Shown one piece after another: positions 1 through 8,875 of a stretch of 64,000 nt of DNA (position 1 is the stretch's first letter; each line of letters opens with the position of its first letter). Origin of the DNA: a virus (taxonomy: Duplodnaviria > Caudoviricetes); IMG/VR virus record IMGVR_UViG_3300043414_000372, positions 128,001 to 192,000 of that record. One strand, 5' to 3'. The notes under the pieces are model-generated. The model was given only the letters and a program-made list of their open reading frames with translations, was not told the DNA's origin and made no database searches. The translations under genes were made by a program, and so were the position numbers.

Positions 1-3000
1 CCAAACTGTATTGGGCGAATTTGCCTAATCCAACATTTAGCCAATAATCTAATCGTTCTTCATTTTCATCAGTTTTGGATGCTTTAAGTTTAATACATTC
101 ACGGAACGCAGTACGCCAGGTGTCCCATTCGCTAGTATTAAACATTGCAGTTCCACTATTAACTTCAACAACTTCATGTTCACTATCCATAGTAAAGTCT
201 AATCCAGTACCAAAGTTTGCTAAGGTAAGTTTCTTGTTGTTAGCAACAATAGCTTGGTGACCATATACTAATCCATTTACAGGATTTGTCGCATGGAAAA
301 TATAATGTTTTGGTATCTGTAAACGATCTGGTTGCCAATCAAAATCAAACTTAGCATCAACTTTCAATTTAGCATTAACTAAGAAGTACCATGGGGTATT
401 ACTACTAGTTGCTGCCGCATGTTGACTCTTTACACGACCACTTACTCCATCTATTCTTACAACCTTGTTTGTTAACTTTTCAGTTAGTTTCAACAAGTGT
501 TCATAGTTAGATTCAGCACTAGCTTCGCCGTTACTAAAGAATACAATGTCCAATGGGTTAGACTTAGCTAATTTACTATTAGTCATAATGTATGGATAAT
601 CATACAATTCTTTCTTTACATAGTCTTTAGCTTCTTTGGGCACAACAATACGTGTTCCGCCCATGCTAGTTATCTGAATATTCCTAGACTCAGGTGACCA
701 TAAACTGATTGGTTCTACATCAAGTACATTAACGTCTTTGTTATCTGCTGTAACAAATACAGCATAAGGGAAGTTAAATTCTGTTTTGATACTAGATACA
801 TGACTATCACCTTCAGTAACTATAACTGGGGCAGGCAATCTCTTAACACGTTGACTTTGATTGAAGTCAATCTTAGTATAATCATCAAGTATCTTCAATT
901 GCTTAATCAATGAACGTAGTTTGTTAACATCAATTAAGAATGTATCACCAAACTTTTGTTTATCACTAGGGAATACATGTAGTTGTTCTTTAGCAAACGG
1001 GTCACATATATAACTAAAATCAAAAGTACTATAATCACATACACTACTACATATCCAAAGATAATGTTCTTTCTTCTCTGGCAATGTTCTTAATAGTTTA
1101 ATAAACGTTTTAAGATATGTTGTGTCAAACTTGATTGTAGTGACTGGCAAGTTGAATTCAGGTGCGTCATTGCCATGGTCAATATAAACAATATCATATA
1201 GACGATTAACGGCTCTTGCCTTTTTGCTTTTAACAAAGTTAAGCATGGATAGATGTTCAATGATCTTCACGTACTTTGTATCTTCAATGAAGGTTTCTTT
1301 ATTAACCATAAAGGTCGTACCCCAATGACTCCATTGTGTTCCAAACACATGAATCATTTTCATTTGCCATGGACTAGGATAGAAATCGAATTCAAAGTTT
1401 CCATAATCTAATTCGCTATTCAATACCCAGAACAGTTTAGTTTCAGATTTGTTTATACAACGAGTGATTGTGTCTACCCAACTGTTAAGATATCTTGTCT
1501 TTTGTAGTTGTGGGTAGCGTAGTTTCAATTCTTCAAAACGTTGATTACTCTCACTATTACTTCTATCAATAAAGAACATACTCAAGTTACTATCAACTTG
1601 AACAGATTGTCCTTCAACATAGTTATATTCTTTATGTCCCTTCATATACATAGGTCCGTTGATATAGTATGTTTGTGTATCTTTACTATATTCATTACCA
1701 AATACATTTATGTGACGGAAGTTTTCCTGATTAGGTCTCCAACTAAAGTCAAACTTATCATAGTTCAAGTCAGGATTGATAGCCCAGAATACTTCTTCGG
1801 GATGTTCTTTAACTAGTTCATCTAATGTTGTTTTAATAGGATAACGATTGACTATTGTTTTTTTAGTTTCACCTGTATGTTCCATTAACACAACTTCAGT
1901 TGCCCCAACTACAGTGTAACGCGGCCCGTTATCTTGCCACTGATATATTTGAGGCGGGCTATATGGGTTAGGTCTCCAACTAAAGTCAAATGTTTCTAAG
2001 TCATCGTTGTTACTAATAGACCAATATTGTAAATCTGCCTTAGGCAACGCAACTGGCTCAGTCATATACTTGTATTCAGTTGCTCCTTCAACGTGATATT
2101 CAACTGATGGTTCTGTATTGGCATCATTCCATTTGTTACCAAACACATAGATGTAGGGTGGGCTAGTTGGGTCAGGTCTCCAACTATAATCAAACGATTC
2201 AATAGGTATTAAACGTTTCCATTGATTATCTGTAGCAGTTGATTTTACTAATCCAACTGTAGATGTTACATATTTCTTATCTGTTGCCCCAGGCATATGA
2301 TATTCTACAGTAGGATCAGTTATACCATCATACCATTGATTACCAAATACATATATGTAAGGTGGAGAATGCGGATTAGGTCTCCAACTATAATCAAACA
2401 CATCAACAGGTATAAGTGTTTTCCAATACTCTTGTGTCTTTGCTGCTGTAGCAACAATTTCTGTAATATATTTCTTTTCAGTCGCACCTTCTACATGATA
2501 TTCTACTGTAGGTTCAGTCATAGCATCATGCCATTGATTACCAAATATATATATGTAAGGTGGGCTATCAGGGTCAGGTCTCCAACTATAGTCAAAGTTA
2601 TCTACAGTAACTAATATCTTCCAGTTTTCAATCATCGGCAATGTTTTAGCTATCTTATCATCCATGTACTTGCGTTCAGTGGCACCTACGCAATGATATT
2701 CTATAGTAGGTTCTTTTACTGCGCTATTAGATTGATTGCCCCATACATAAATGTATGCCGGTTCTCTTGGATCAGGTCTCCAAGTAAAATCAAAACTAGT
2801 TTTATCAACTGGTATTAGTATTTGATACTTGTCCCATTCGGGGGCTACATCAACATCACCCATGTATTTTCGTTCAGTTGCTCCCTCACAGTAAAACTCT
2901 ATAGAAGGGTTTATTTGTGCCGGCACATATTTATTTCCCCATGTATAGATATACGCAGGTTCTCTTGGATCAGGTCTCCATGACAAATCAAAATTTTCTA

Positions 3001-5536
3001 CTTGTTGCGTGATTTTCCACTTATCATGTATTGGAGTAACATCCAATAGTTCTTTCATATACTTGCGGTCTGTGGCACCTTCACAATGATATTCAAGTGT
3101 AGGTTTTATGTCACCTGATATGTATTTGTTGCCCCAGGTGTAAATGTATGCTGGTTCTCTAGGATCGGGTCTCCATGTGAAGTCAAAATTTTCTACTTGT
3201 TGTACAATATTCCATTTATCAAACTCAGGTAGTACTTCAACTAATTCAGTCATATACTTGTATTCAGTTGCCCCGGGTACAATATATTCTAATGTAGATT
3301 TAAATTCTGCTGCTATGTGTTTATTACCCCACACGTAAATATAAGGTGGTTCGTGTAAGTTAGGGTCAGGTCTCCATGTAAAGTCAAATTTAGAATGATC
3401 AACTGGTATATTTTCTTTCCATCTATCCCATTCAGGTGCTAATTCAACTATATCCATATACTTGTATTCAGTTGCGCCTGGTACATAATATTCTAATGTG
3501 GGTTTGACTTCTGCCGGATCGTACTTGTTACCCCATACATAAATGTAAGCTGGTTCTCTAGGATCGGGTCTCCATGTGAAGTCAAAATTTTGTACATCTT
3601 GTATTATATTCCATTTGTCAAATTCAGGCAACACCTCAACATCACCCATATACTTGCGTTCTGTTGCGCCTTCACAATGATATTCAAGTGTAGGTTTTAT
3701 ATCACCGGGTATGTATTTGTTACCCCATGTATAGATATACGCAGGTTCACGTGGATCTGGTCGCCATGATAAGTCAAATGTATCCGCAATGTCCTGTACA
3801 ATATTCCAACGATCCATTTCAGGAACTACCTCAACTTCACACATATACTTGTGTTCTGTTGCTCCCTCACAATAGTATTCTACTGTAGGTTTAAGTTCTG
3901 CTGCGATATGTTTATTGCCCCAGGTGTAAATGTAGGCAGGTTCACGTGGATCTGGTCTCCATGTAAAGTCAAAGTTTTTTACTTCTTGTGTAACTTTCCA
4001 ATGTTCTTGTTCAGGTAATACTTCAACAAGTTCATCCATATACTTATATTCAGTAGCCCCGTCACATTGATATTCTATTGTTGATTTCAGTTCACCCGGT
4101 ATATGTTTATTTCCCCACACATATATAAATGCAGGTTCACGCGGATCTGGCCGCCATGTTAAATCAAACTTGTTTCTATCAATGGATTGTATTTCTTTCC
4201 ACCTATTGAATTCAGGCAACACATCAACCAATTCAGGCATGTACTTGCGATCTGTTGCACCCGGGACATGATATTCAATCGTTGGTTTAAGTTCTGCTGC
4301 TATATGCTTATTGCCCCATACATAAATGTAAGGTGGCTCGTGCAAGTTAGGATCAGGTCTCCAGCTAAAATCAAACTTATTTTTATCTACTGGTTGTATT
4401 TCTACCCATCTATCCCATTCGGGTTCTAAATCAACAATATCCATGTATTTGTATTCAGTTGCTCCGGGAACAACATACTCTAATGTAGGTTTAACTTCTG
4501 CTGGATCATATTTATTGCCCCATACATAAATGTAAGGTGGTTCGTGTAAGTTAGGATCAGGTCTCCAGCTAAAATCAAACTTTGAATGATCGATAGAAAG
4601 ATGTTTTTTCCATCTATCCCATTCAGGTGCTAATTCAACTATATCCATATACTTGTATTCAGTTGCTCCTGGTACATGATATTCTAATGTTGGCTTTACT
4701 TCTGCCGGATCGTATTTGTTGCCCCATACATATATAAATGCAGGTTCACGTGGATCAGGTCTCCAAGTTAAATCAAACTTAGTTTTGTCAATATTGTGAA
4801 ATATTTTCCACTTGTCCCACTCGGGAATTATTTCAACATCACCCATATATTTGCGTTCAGTAGCATCAACACAATGATATTCTAATGTAGATTGTAATTC
4901 GCCCGGTATGTGTTTGTTACCCCATACATATATAAATGCAGGTTCACGTGGATCAGGTCTCCATGACATATCAAATGATGATTTGTCAATTTTTTGTACT
5001 TGAACCCATTTGTTATCTGGAAGCAAGTCTACTATATCTTCCATGTATTTGGCATTAGTCGCACCTGGAACTCTATATTCTAGTACAGCTTTGACTTCTG
5101 CTGGATAATACTTACAACCCCATGTATAGATATAGGGAGGATCAGTTGGGTCTGGATGCCAGCTAAAGTCAAATTTAGTTTCATCAACTAAATCTAACAA
5201 TATCCAATTGTCATTCTTTTCGTTTTTATAACTGATTGGTTCAATGTCGGCGCGATATATGTTTATATCACTATGTTGTTCTGGGCATAACCAAGTGCCA
5301 CTATCTTTTTGATGTGTACTAGGCCATATGTTATTGTGTGCTTCTGCCCAAACATCTTCGTCGGGTAGAAATTCAAAATCAAAGTCCCAATCAAAATTTC
5401 GATAATCACAATATTCGTTGATTATCCAAAAATGTTCAGTGGTACATTGACTTCTAGCATCTTCTAATGAAGTTGCGAATTTTTCTCTTGGGTGAACGTT
5501 GGGTTTTTTACCGTAATAAAATACATCTCTTAGCAT
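1..5536 (-). CDS. Giant repeat-containing glycosyltransferase-like protein (>1,845 aa, C-terminus runs off the left edge; absent from the ORF track)
   Basis: ATG at 5536 (MLRDVFYYGKKPNVHPREKFATSLEDARSQCTTEHFWII...). I translated the frame by hand at several points (5161, 4567, 3175, 2584, 1741, 550, 2-100) and it stays in register. The track lists no ORF ending in this frame, consistent with no in-window stop. The C-terminal part reads DIVFFSNGE...RIDGVKGRVKSQHAAA...FDFDWQPDRLQIPKHYIFHATNPVNGLVYGHQA...WRTAFRECIKL, resembling the GT-like gene at 28119-29069. Confidence 0.9.
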   Translation of the reverse strand, partial: MLRDVFYYGKKPNVHPREKFATSLEDARSQCTTEHFWIINEYCDYRNFDWDFDFEFLPDEDVWAEAHNNIWPSTHQKDSGTWLCPEQHSDINIYRADIEPISYKNEKNDNWILLDLVDETKFDFSWHPDPTDPPYIYTWGCKYYPAEVKAVLEYRVPGATNAKYMEDIVDLLPDNKWVQVQKIDKSSFDMSWRPDPREPAFIYVWGNKHIPGELQSTLEYHCVDATERKYMGDVEIIPEWDKWKIFHNIDKTKFDLTWRPDPREPAFIYVWGNKYDPAEVKPTLEYHVPGATEYKYMDIVELAPEWDRWKKHLSIDHSKFDFSWRPDPNLHEPPYIYVWGNKYDPAEVKPTLEYVVPGATEYKYMDIVDLEPEWDRWVEIQPVDKNKFDFSWRPDPNLHEPPYIYVWGNKHIAAELKPTIEYHVPGATDRKYMPELVDVLPEFNRWKEIQSIDRNKFDLTWRPDPREPAFIYVWGNKHIPGELKSTIEYQCDGATEYKYMDELVEVLPEQEHWKVTQEVKNFDFTWRPDPREPAYIYTWGNKHIAAELKPTVEYYCEGATEHKYMCEVEVVPEMDRWNIVQDIADTFDLSWRPDPREPAYIYTWGNKYIPGDIKPTLEYHCEGATERKYMGDVEVLPEFDKWNIIQDVQNFDFTWRPDPREPAYIYVWGNKYDPAEVKPTLEYYVPGATEYKYMDIVELAPEWDRWKENIPVDHSKFDFTWRPDPNLHEPPYIYVWGNKHIAAEFKSTLEYIVPGATEYKYMTELVEVLPEFDKWNIVQQVENFDFTWRPDPREPAYIYTWGNKYISGDIKPTLEYHCEGATDRKYMKELLDVTPIHDKWKITQQVENFDLSWRPDPREPAYIYTWGNKYVPAQINPSIEFYCEGATERKYMGDVDVAPEWDKYQILIPVDKTSFDFTWRPDPREPAYIYVWGNQSNSAVKEPTIEYHCVGATERKYMDDKIAKTLPMIENWKILVTVDNFDYSWRPDPDSPPYIYIFGNQWHDAMTEPTVEYHVEGATEKKYITEIVATAAKTQEYWKTLIPVDVFDYSWRPNPHSPPYIYVFGNQWYDGITDPTVEYHMPGATDKKYVTSTVGLVKSTATDNQWKRLIPIESFDYSWRPDPTSPPYIYVFGNKWNDANTEPSVEYHVEGATEYKYMTEPVALPKADLQYWSISNNDDLETFDFSWRPNPYSPPQIYQWQDNGPRYTVVGATEVVLMEHTGETKKTIVNRYPIKTTLDELVKEHPEEVFWAINPDLNYDKFDFSWRPNQENFRHINVFGNEYSKDTQTYYINGPMYMKGHKEYNYVEGQSVQVDSNLSMFFIDRSNSESNQRFEELKLRYPQLQKTRYLNSWVDTITRCINKSETKLFWVLNSELDYGNFEFDFYPSPWQMKMIHVFGTQWSHWGTTFMVNKETFIEDTKYVKIIEHLSMLNFVKSKKARAVNRLYDIVYIDHGNDAPEFNLPVTTIKFDTTYLKTFIKLLRTLPEKKEHYLWICSSVCDYSTFDFSYICDPFAKEQLHVFPSDKQKFGDTFLIDVNKLRSLIKQLKILDDYTKIDFNQSQRVKRLPAPVIVTEGDSHVSSIKTEFNFPYAVFVTADNKDVNVLDVEPISLWSPESRNIQITSMGGTRIVVPKEAKDYVKKELYDYPYIMTNSKLAKSNPLDIVFFSNGEASAESNYEHLLKLTEKLTNKVVRIDGVSGRVKSQHAAATSSNTPWYFLVNAKLKVDAKFDFDWQPDRLQIPKHYIFHATNPVNGLVYGHQAIVANNKKLTLANFGTGLDFTMDSEHEVVEVNSGTAMFNTSEWDTWRTAFRECIKLKASKTDENEERLDYWLNVGLGKFAQYSL
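1690..5215 (-). repeat. Intragenic tandem array of about 17 full plus 1-2 degenerate ~66-aa (192-207 bp) repeats
   Basis: The Trp codon of the FDF(S/T)WRPDP motif ends at 5161, 4963, 4765, 4567, 4363, 4156, 3961, 3766, 3574, 3376, 3175, 2980, 2782, 2584, 2386, 2182, 1978 and, degenerate, 1741. Consensus is FDFxWRPDPxEPxYIYxWGNKYxPxExKxTxEYHxxGATExKYM. Confidence 0.93.
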
Positions 5537-5541
5537 TTATA

Positions 5542-5549
5542 TACTTATG
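5542..5549 (-). promoter_or_regulatory. Late-promoter-like motif CATAAGTA upstream of the giant repeat gene
   Basis: Variant of the T4 late promoter consensus TATAAATA. The identical 8-mer precedes the 6,652-aa gene (54310-54317). Confidence 0.45.
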
Positions 5550-7026
5550 ATAATACTTTTACCCCATATAGTTTTTCAAATCTATCCGCATCACTACGGT
5601 CGTTAACCATTGGCTCACCGCGTATGTTTAAACTCGTGTTCAATAGCATTGGGCATTCTGTCATTACATACCACTTCTCTAATAACTCTCTAATACCCGA
5701 TCCATCTTTGGGCACAGTTTGCACACGGCTAGTCCAGTCGTGATGTGCAATAGCAGGGAATTTCTCAGGATATTTACACTTACTAATCACCTGCATATAT
5801 CTACTATCATGCCAGTGTTTAGGCATATCAAAATATTGATGAGCATATTCTTCTAATATGACAGGAGCAAATGGTCTAAACTTTTGTCTACGTTTAATCT
5901 CATTTACTTTATCTTTAATCTCATCTCCCCTGGGATCTGCTAACAAACTTCTATTACCTAATGCCCTAGGGCCAAACTCTGCTTTACCGCTAGCTACCCC
6001 AACAATCTTATCAGTGAGTAATCTATCAAGTAACTGGTTAACAGGATACTTGCCAGGAATGTTATGCCCAAGAAAAGCATCAGTCCAGTTAACCTTGCGG
6101 CCGTGACCCAATGCTGCTGCGCCAAGACTATTACCCGCATCACCAGGGTTAGGCATAATCCAAATATTTTCATAGAAGTTCCCTAATAATCTGTTTGCTA
6201 AACAATTCAATGCCACACCGCCGCCGTATACTAGATTTCTACTACGACCCATTGTTCTAGCTTTACTCATTACTCTAGTAATCATATACTCAACTAAGTG
6301 TTGACTGCTGCTAGCAATGTCCATTACATCAGCATCTTTTAAGAAATCTTTACTAACACCAGTGTGTAGATTTTGCTTGAAGGTTAATATATCTTTTCTA
6401 TCTACTAACTCATTAATCATATCAGCAACATGATTGGGTTCTCCGTACGCTGCCATACCCATTAAAATGTATTCTTCATCAAGTGGGCGCAACCCAACTC
6501 GTTCTGTCATTGCTGAATAGAATAGTCCAATACTATCTGGATACTTTACACTCCATAGTTTTTTGTATTGTGCTTTACCAGTTGAAAAATCATAATGTGC
6601 ATCCCAGATAGTGATAGTATCAAACTCGCCTATAGCATCAATCACTACGACAGTAGCATCTTGAAAGGGACTTGTTTGAAATCCTGCTGCTGCATGACAT
6701 AGATGATGTCCATGTGTATGAATCTTGGGCTCACCCATCTGACTATAAGTAGCACCTAATATCTTTTCCCATGTAGGCCAGGTAAAGCCTTCACCAGTGC
6801 GTAATTGTCTCAATGACTTTAGCCAAGGACGTTCGTAGTAATGATATTCTAAGTAGTCAGAATTGACATGTCTTAGTGCGTCGGTTAGTAATTCTCCACA
6901 CACATCTTTGTCATGTTTATTTTTACTATACCGTTCACTATGACCGGCAAACAATATGTTACCGTGATCATCTACAACACTTATTGCAGCGTCATGGAAT
7001 CCAGCCGAAATACCAATATAATTCAT
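5545..7026 (-). CDS. Carbamoyltransferase, NodU/CmcH/TobZ family
   Basis: N-terminal GISAGFHDAA, HHLCHAA and VVVIDAIGE (Kae1-like domain), GGVALNC and PNPGDAGNSLGAA, and C-terminal EFGPRALGNRSLLADP, KRRQKFRPFAP and LLNTSLNIRGEPMV (YrdC-like domain). Confidence 0.95.
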   Translation of the reverse strand: MNYIGISAGFHDAAISVVDDHGNILFAGHSERYSKNKHDKDVCGELLTDALRHVNSDYLEYHYYERPWLKSLRQLRTGEGFTWPTWEKILGATYSQMGEPKIHTHGHHLCHAAAGFQTSPFQDATVVVIDAIGEFDTITIWDAHYDFSTGKAQYKKLWSVKYPDSIGLFYSAMTERVGLRPLDEEYILMGMAAYGEPNHVADMINELVDRKDILTFKQNLHTGVSKDFLKDADVMDIASSSQHLVEYMITRVMSKARTMGRSRNLVYGGGVALNCLANRLLGNFYENIWIMPNPGDAGNSLGAAALGHGRKVNWTDAFLGHNIPGKYPVNQLLDRLLTDKIVGVASGKAEFGPRALGNRSLLADPRGDEIKDKVNEIKRRQKFRPFAPVILEEYAHQYFDMPKHWHDSRYMQVISKCKYPEKFPAIAHHDWTSRVQTVPKDGSGIRELLEKWYVMTECPMLLNTSLNIRGEPMVNDRSDADRFEKLYGVKVLS

Positions 7027-7124
7027 TTATAAATGAACGGGTCTCTTTTACGCAATTCGTTTAGACGCTTGCGGTACTTGTATTCACGAACCAGATTTTT
7101 AAAAAAGTTAATAATTCTATTCAT
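7023..7124 (-). CDS. 33-aa basic peptide translationally coupled to the carbamoyltransferase (below the track cutoff)
   Basis: Reads MNRIINFFKNLVREYKYRKRLNELRKRDPFIYK*. Its TGA overlaps the carbamoyltransferase ATG (ATGA) and it lies just downstream of a CTAAATA motif. Confidence 0.75.
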   Translation of the reverse strand: MNRIINFFKNLVREYKYRKRLNELRKRDPFIYK

Positions 7125-7129
7125 GCTAT

Positions 7130-7146
7130 TATTTAGCTGCTAAATA
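7130..7146. promoter_or_regulatory. Back-to-back divergent late-promoter-like motifs forming a perfect inverted repeat (TATTTAGC-T-GCTAAATA)
   Basis: 8-bp arms with a 1-bp spacer sit in the 39-bp gap between divergent genes. Each arm reads GCTAAATA toward a gene start. Confidence 0.6.
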
Positions 7147-7163
7147 CAACATAAGGATTTATT

Positions 7164-8210
7164 ATGGATATAACACCGGGGAAACCAATAAGAACATACG
7201 CAAGCAATGGAGCATGGCGTGATTGGAGCACAGATGAACTAGTAGGTGCCAAACTCAATTTCTTACCAAATTGGAAATGTGGAGCAGGATTAGATAGTTT
7301 GTATATTGATATGGACGGGTATGTTTGGACTGCAAGCTGTCGTGTAGGCGGGAGATTGGGTAACGTATTTGAAGATTTTACAGTACCAGAAGATTGGATT
7401 GATTGTACTAAAGATATCTGTAGCTGCGGTGCTGACTTGTTTATCCCCAAAACAAAAGAGATAGTATACAAACCATTATTACGCAAAGGTCAAGGATTGC
7501 CAATGCAACACGAATTACGCAATGATTCATTAACTGATTTTGTTGCTATGGAACGTACACACGCTAGTACACAGAAACAAGTATACTGGGAAATAGGTCG
7601 TAGATGTAATTACGATTGCAGCTATTGCTGGAGTTGGATTCATAACAATACTGATCCACACAAGCCACTAGAAGATTTGATGAAAGCTACTCATAACATT
7701 GAGCAACGTTTTACTAAAGGCGAAAGTGTTAACTTTATTATTAGTGGCGGCGAGCCAACTGCTAACAAAGATTTCTTAGATTGGTTACGTTATCTCAATG
7801 CTTGCGGACATCACGTAAGTCTACATAGTAACGGAAGTCGATTGCCAGACTACTATAGAGAAATTATTCACTATGGTGATTTAAATTTATCTGTTCATTT
7901 TGAATTTTACAATCGTGAAAAATTCGTCAAAGTAGTTGAAGCTGTAGCACATGAAAAAGCAACTACAGGAGATTGCGGACATCTTGAAGTTAAATTTATG
8001 ATGCCACCTCACAATAGAGATGAAGCTATTCTTTTAGAAGCTGAATTAAAAGCATTACCTCATTTTGTAGATTATTGTACATGGGCTATTGTTCCTATAC
8101 GCGGTGGACTTAATAACAAGAACATTCCACAGGGTACTGGGTTAGGGTCTGATGAAGTAATGGATGGATATACAAAAGAGGATTATATTTTATTTGGTGA
8201 CAGAAAATGA
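7164..8210 (+). CDS. Radical SAM enzyme with N-terminal SPASM/twitch-like domain
   Basis: CxxxCxxC motif CNYDCSYC, SGGEPT and SNGSR. The N-terminal WKCGAG...SCRVGGRLGNV...CTKDICSCGAD is an auxiliary-cluster domain. SD-like AAGGA upstream. Confidence 0.9.
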   Translation: MDITPGKPIRTYASNGAWRDWSTDELVGAKLNFLPNWKCGAGLDSLYIDMDGYVWTASCRVGGRLGNVFEDFTVPEDWIDCTKDICSCGADLFIPKTKEIVYKPLLRKGQGLPMQHELRNDSLTDFVAMERTHASTQKQVYWEIGRRCNYDCSYCWSWIHNNTDPHKPLEDLMKATHNIEQRFTKGESVNFIISGGEPTANKDFLDWLRYLNACGHHVSLHSNGSRLPDYYREIIHYGDLNLSVHFEFYNREKFVKVVEAVAHEKATTGDCGHLEVKFMMPPHNRDEAILLEAELKALPHFVDYCTWAIVPIRGGLNNKNIPQGTGLGSDEVMDGYTKEDYILFGDRK

Positions 8211-8875
8211 GTTTCATATATCAATACCCAGTTATACCAGAACAAATTTTCTCAATAATAAAATACTCAGAACAGGCAAGGGTGTATGAGATTGTAAAAT
8301 CATTACCAGATAATAGTACTGTAGTCGAGGTCGGGTCGGCATTAGGAGGCACAGCTTGTTTAATTGCAGCGACTAATCCTACATTACGTGTAAATTGTGT
8401 TGACTGCTTTTTAAATAATTATATATCTGACATATGGGAGAGAATTGATTTAAATAAAACTATTATAGAACTTAAAGTAAATATAGATGCAAATAATTCT
8501 ATTAATATAATTAACAATTTTTTTGAAATTGATCCAACAGGGCAATTGGCATTTGAGTATATAACTAAGCCCTATTCTAACATCACTTTACACAAAGGTT
8601 ATAGTCCTAGAGATTTTAACAACTGGGACACCATGATAGATATATATATAGAAGATGCATTACATGAGAATCCAATGCTAGCTGCAAATATAGAATTTTG
8701 GAAAAAATTTGTCAAACCTGGGGGATACATTATAGGTCATGATTACGAACCTGAGATTTACCCTAATGTTGTAACTGAATTTAATAAACTTATCCAACAA
8801 GGTTGGATTAGAATATCGTTAACTGAAACTTTAATTATTTTACAAAAACCATCTAACGGAGATTTTAATGGTTAA
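8207..8875 (+). CDS. Class I SAM-dependent methyltransferase (Methyltransf_24-like)
   Basis: Motif I VVEVGSALGG, VNCVDCF, IYIEDALH and KPGGYIIGHDY. ATGA overlap with the upstream gene. Confidence 0.85.
   Translation: MSFIYQYPVIPEQIFSIIKYSEQARVYEIVKSLPDNSTVVEVGSALGGTACLIAATNPTLRVNCVDCFLNNYISDIWERIDLNKTIIELKVNIDANNSINIINNFFEIDPTGQLAFEYITKPYSNITLHKGYSPRDFNNWDTMIDIYIEDALHENPMLAANIEFWKKFVKPGGYIIGHDYEPEIYPNVVTEFNKLIQQGWIRISLTETLIILQKPSNGDFNG

Noticed and set aside
75-4429. Plus-strand ORFs in the track (75, 1541, 2297, 3144, 4187)
   Set aside because: They are antisense shadows of the long minus-strand repeat ORF. Their recurring VRSP/IRSP words are the reverse reading of WRPD.
1690-5215. Regularly spaced ~198-bp repeats read as a CRISPR array or DGR template/variable repeats
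   Set aside because: The units are in-frame coding repeats with mostly synonymous-type variation and no repeat-spacer alternation. No cas or reverse transcriptase gene is in the window, and I saw no adenine-specific mismatch pattern.
1690-5215. Repeat protein as a multi-core RiPP precursor for the radical SAM enzymes
   Set aside because: The W/Y-rich units are tempting, but they resemble a GT subdomain, and there is no leader, RRE/PqqD domain, protease or transporter in the window. Kept only as a minor alternative.
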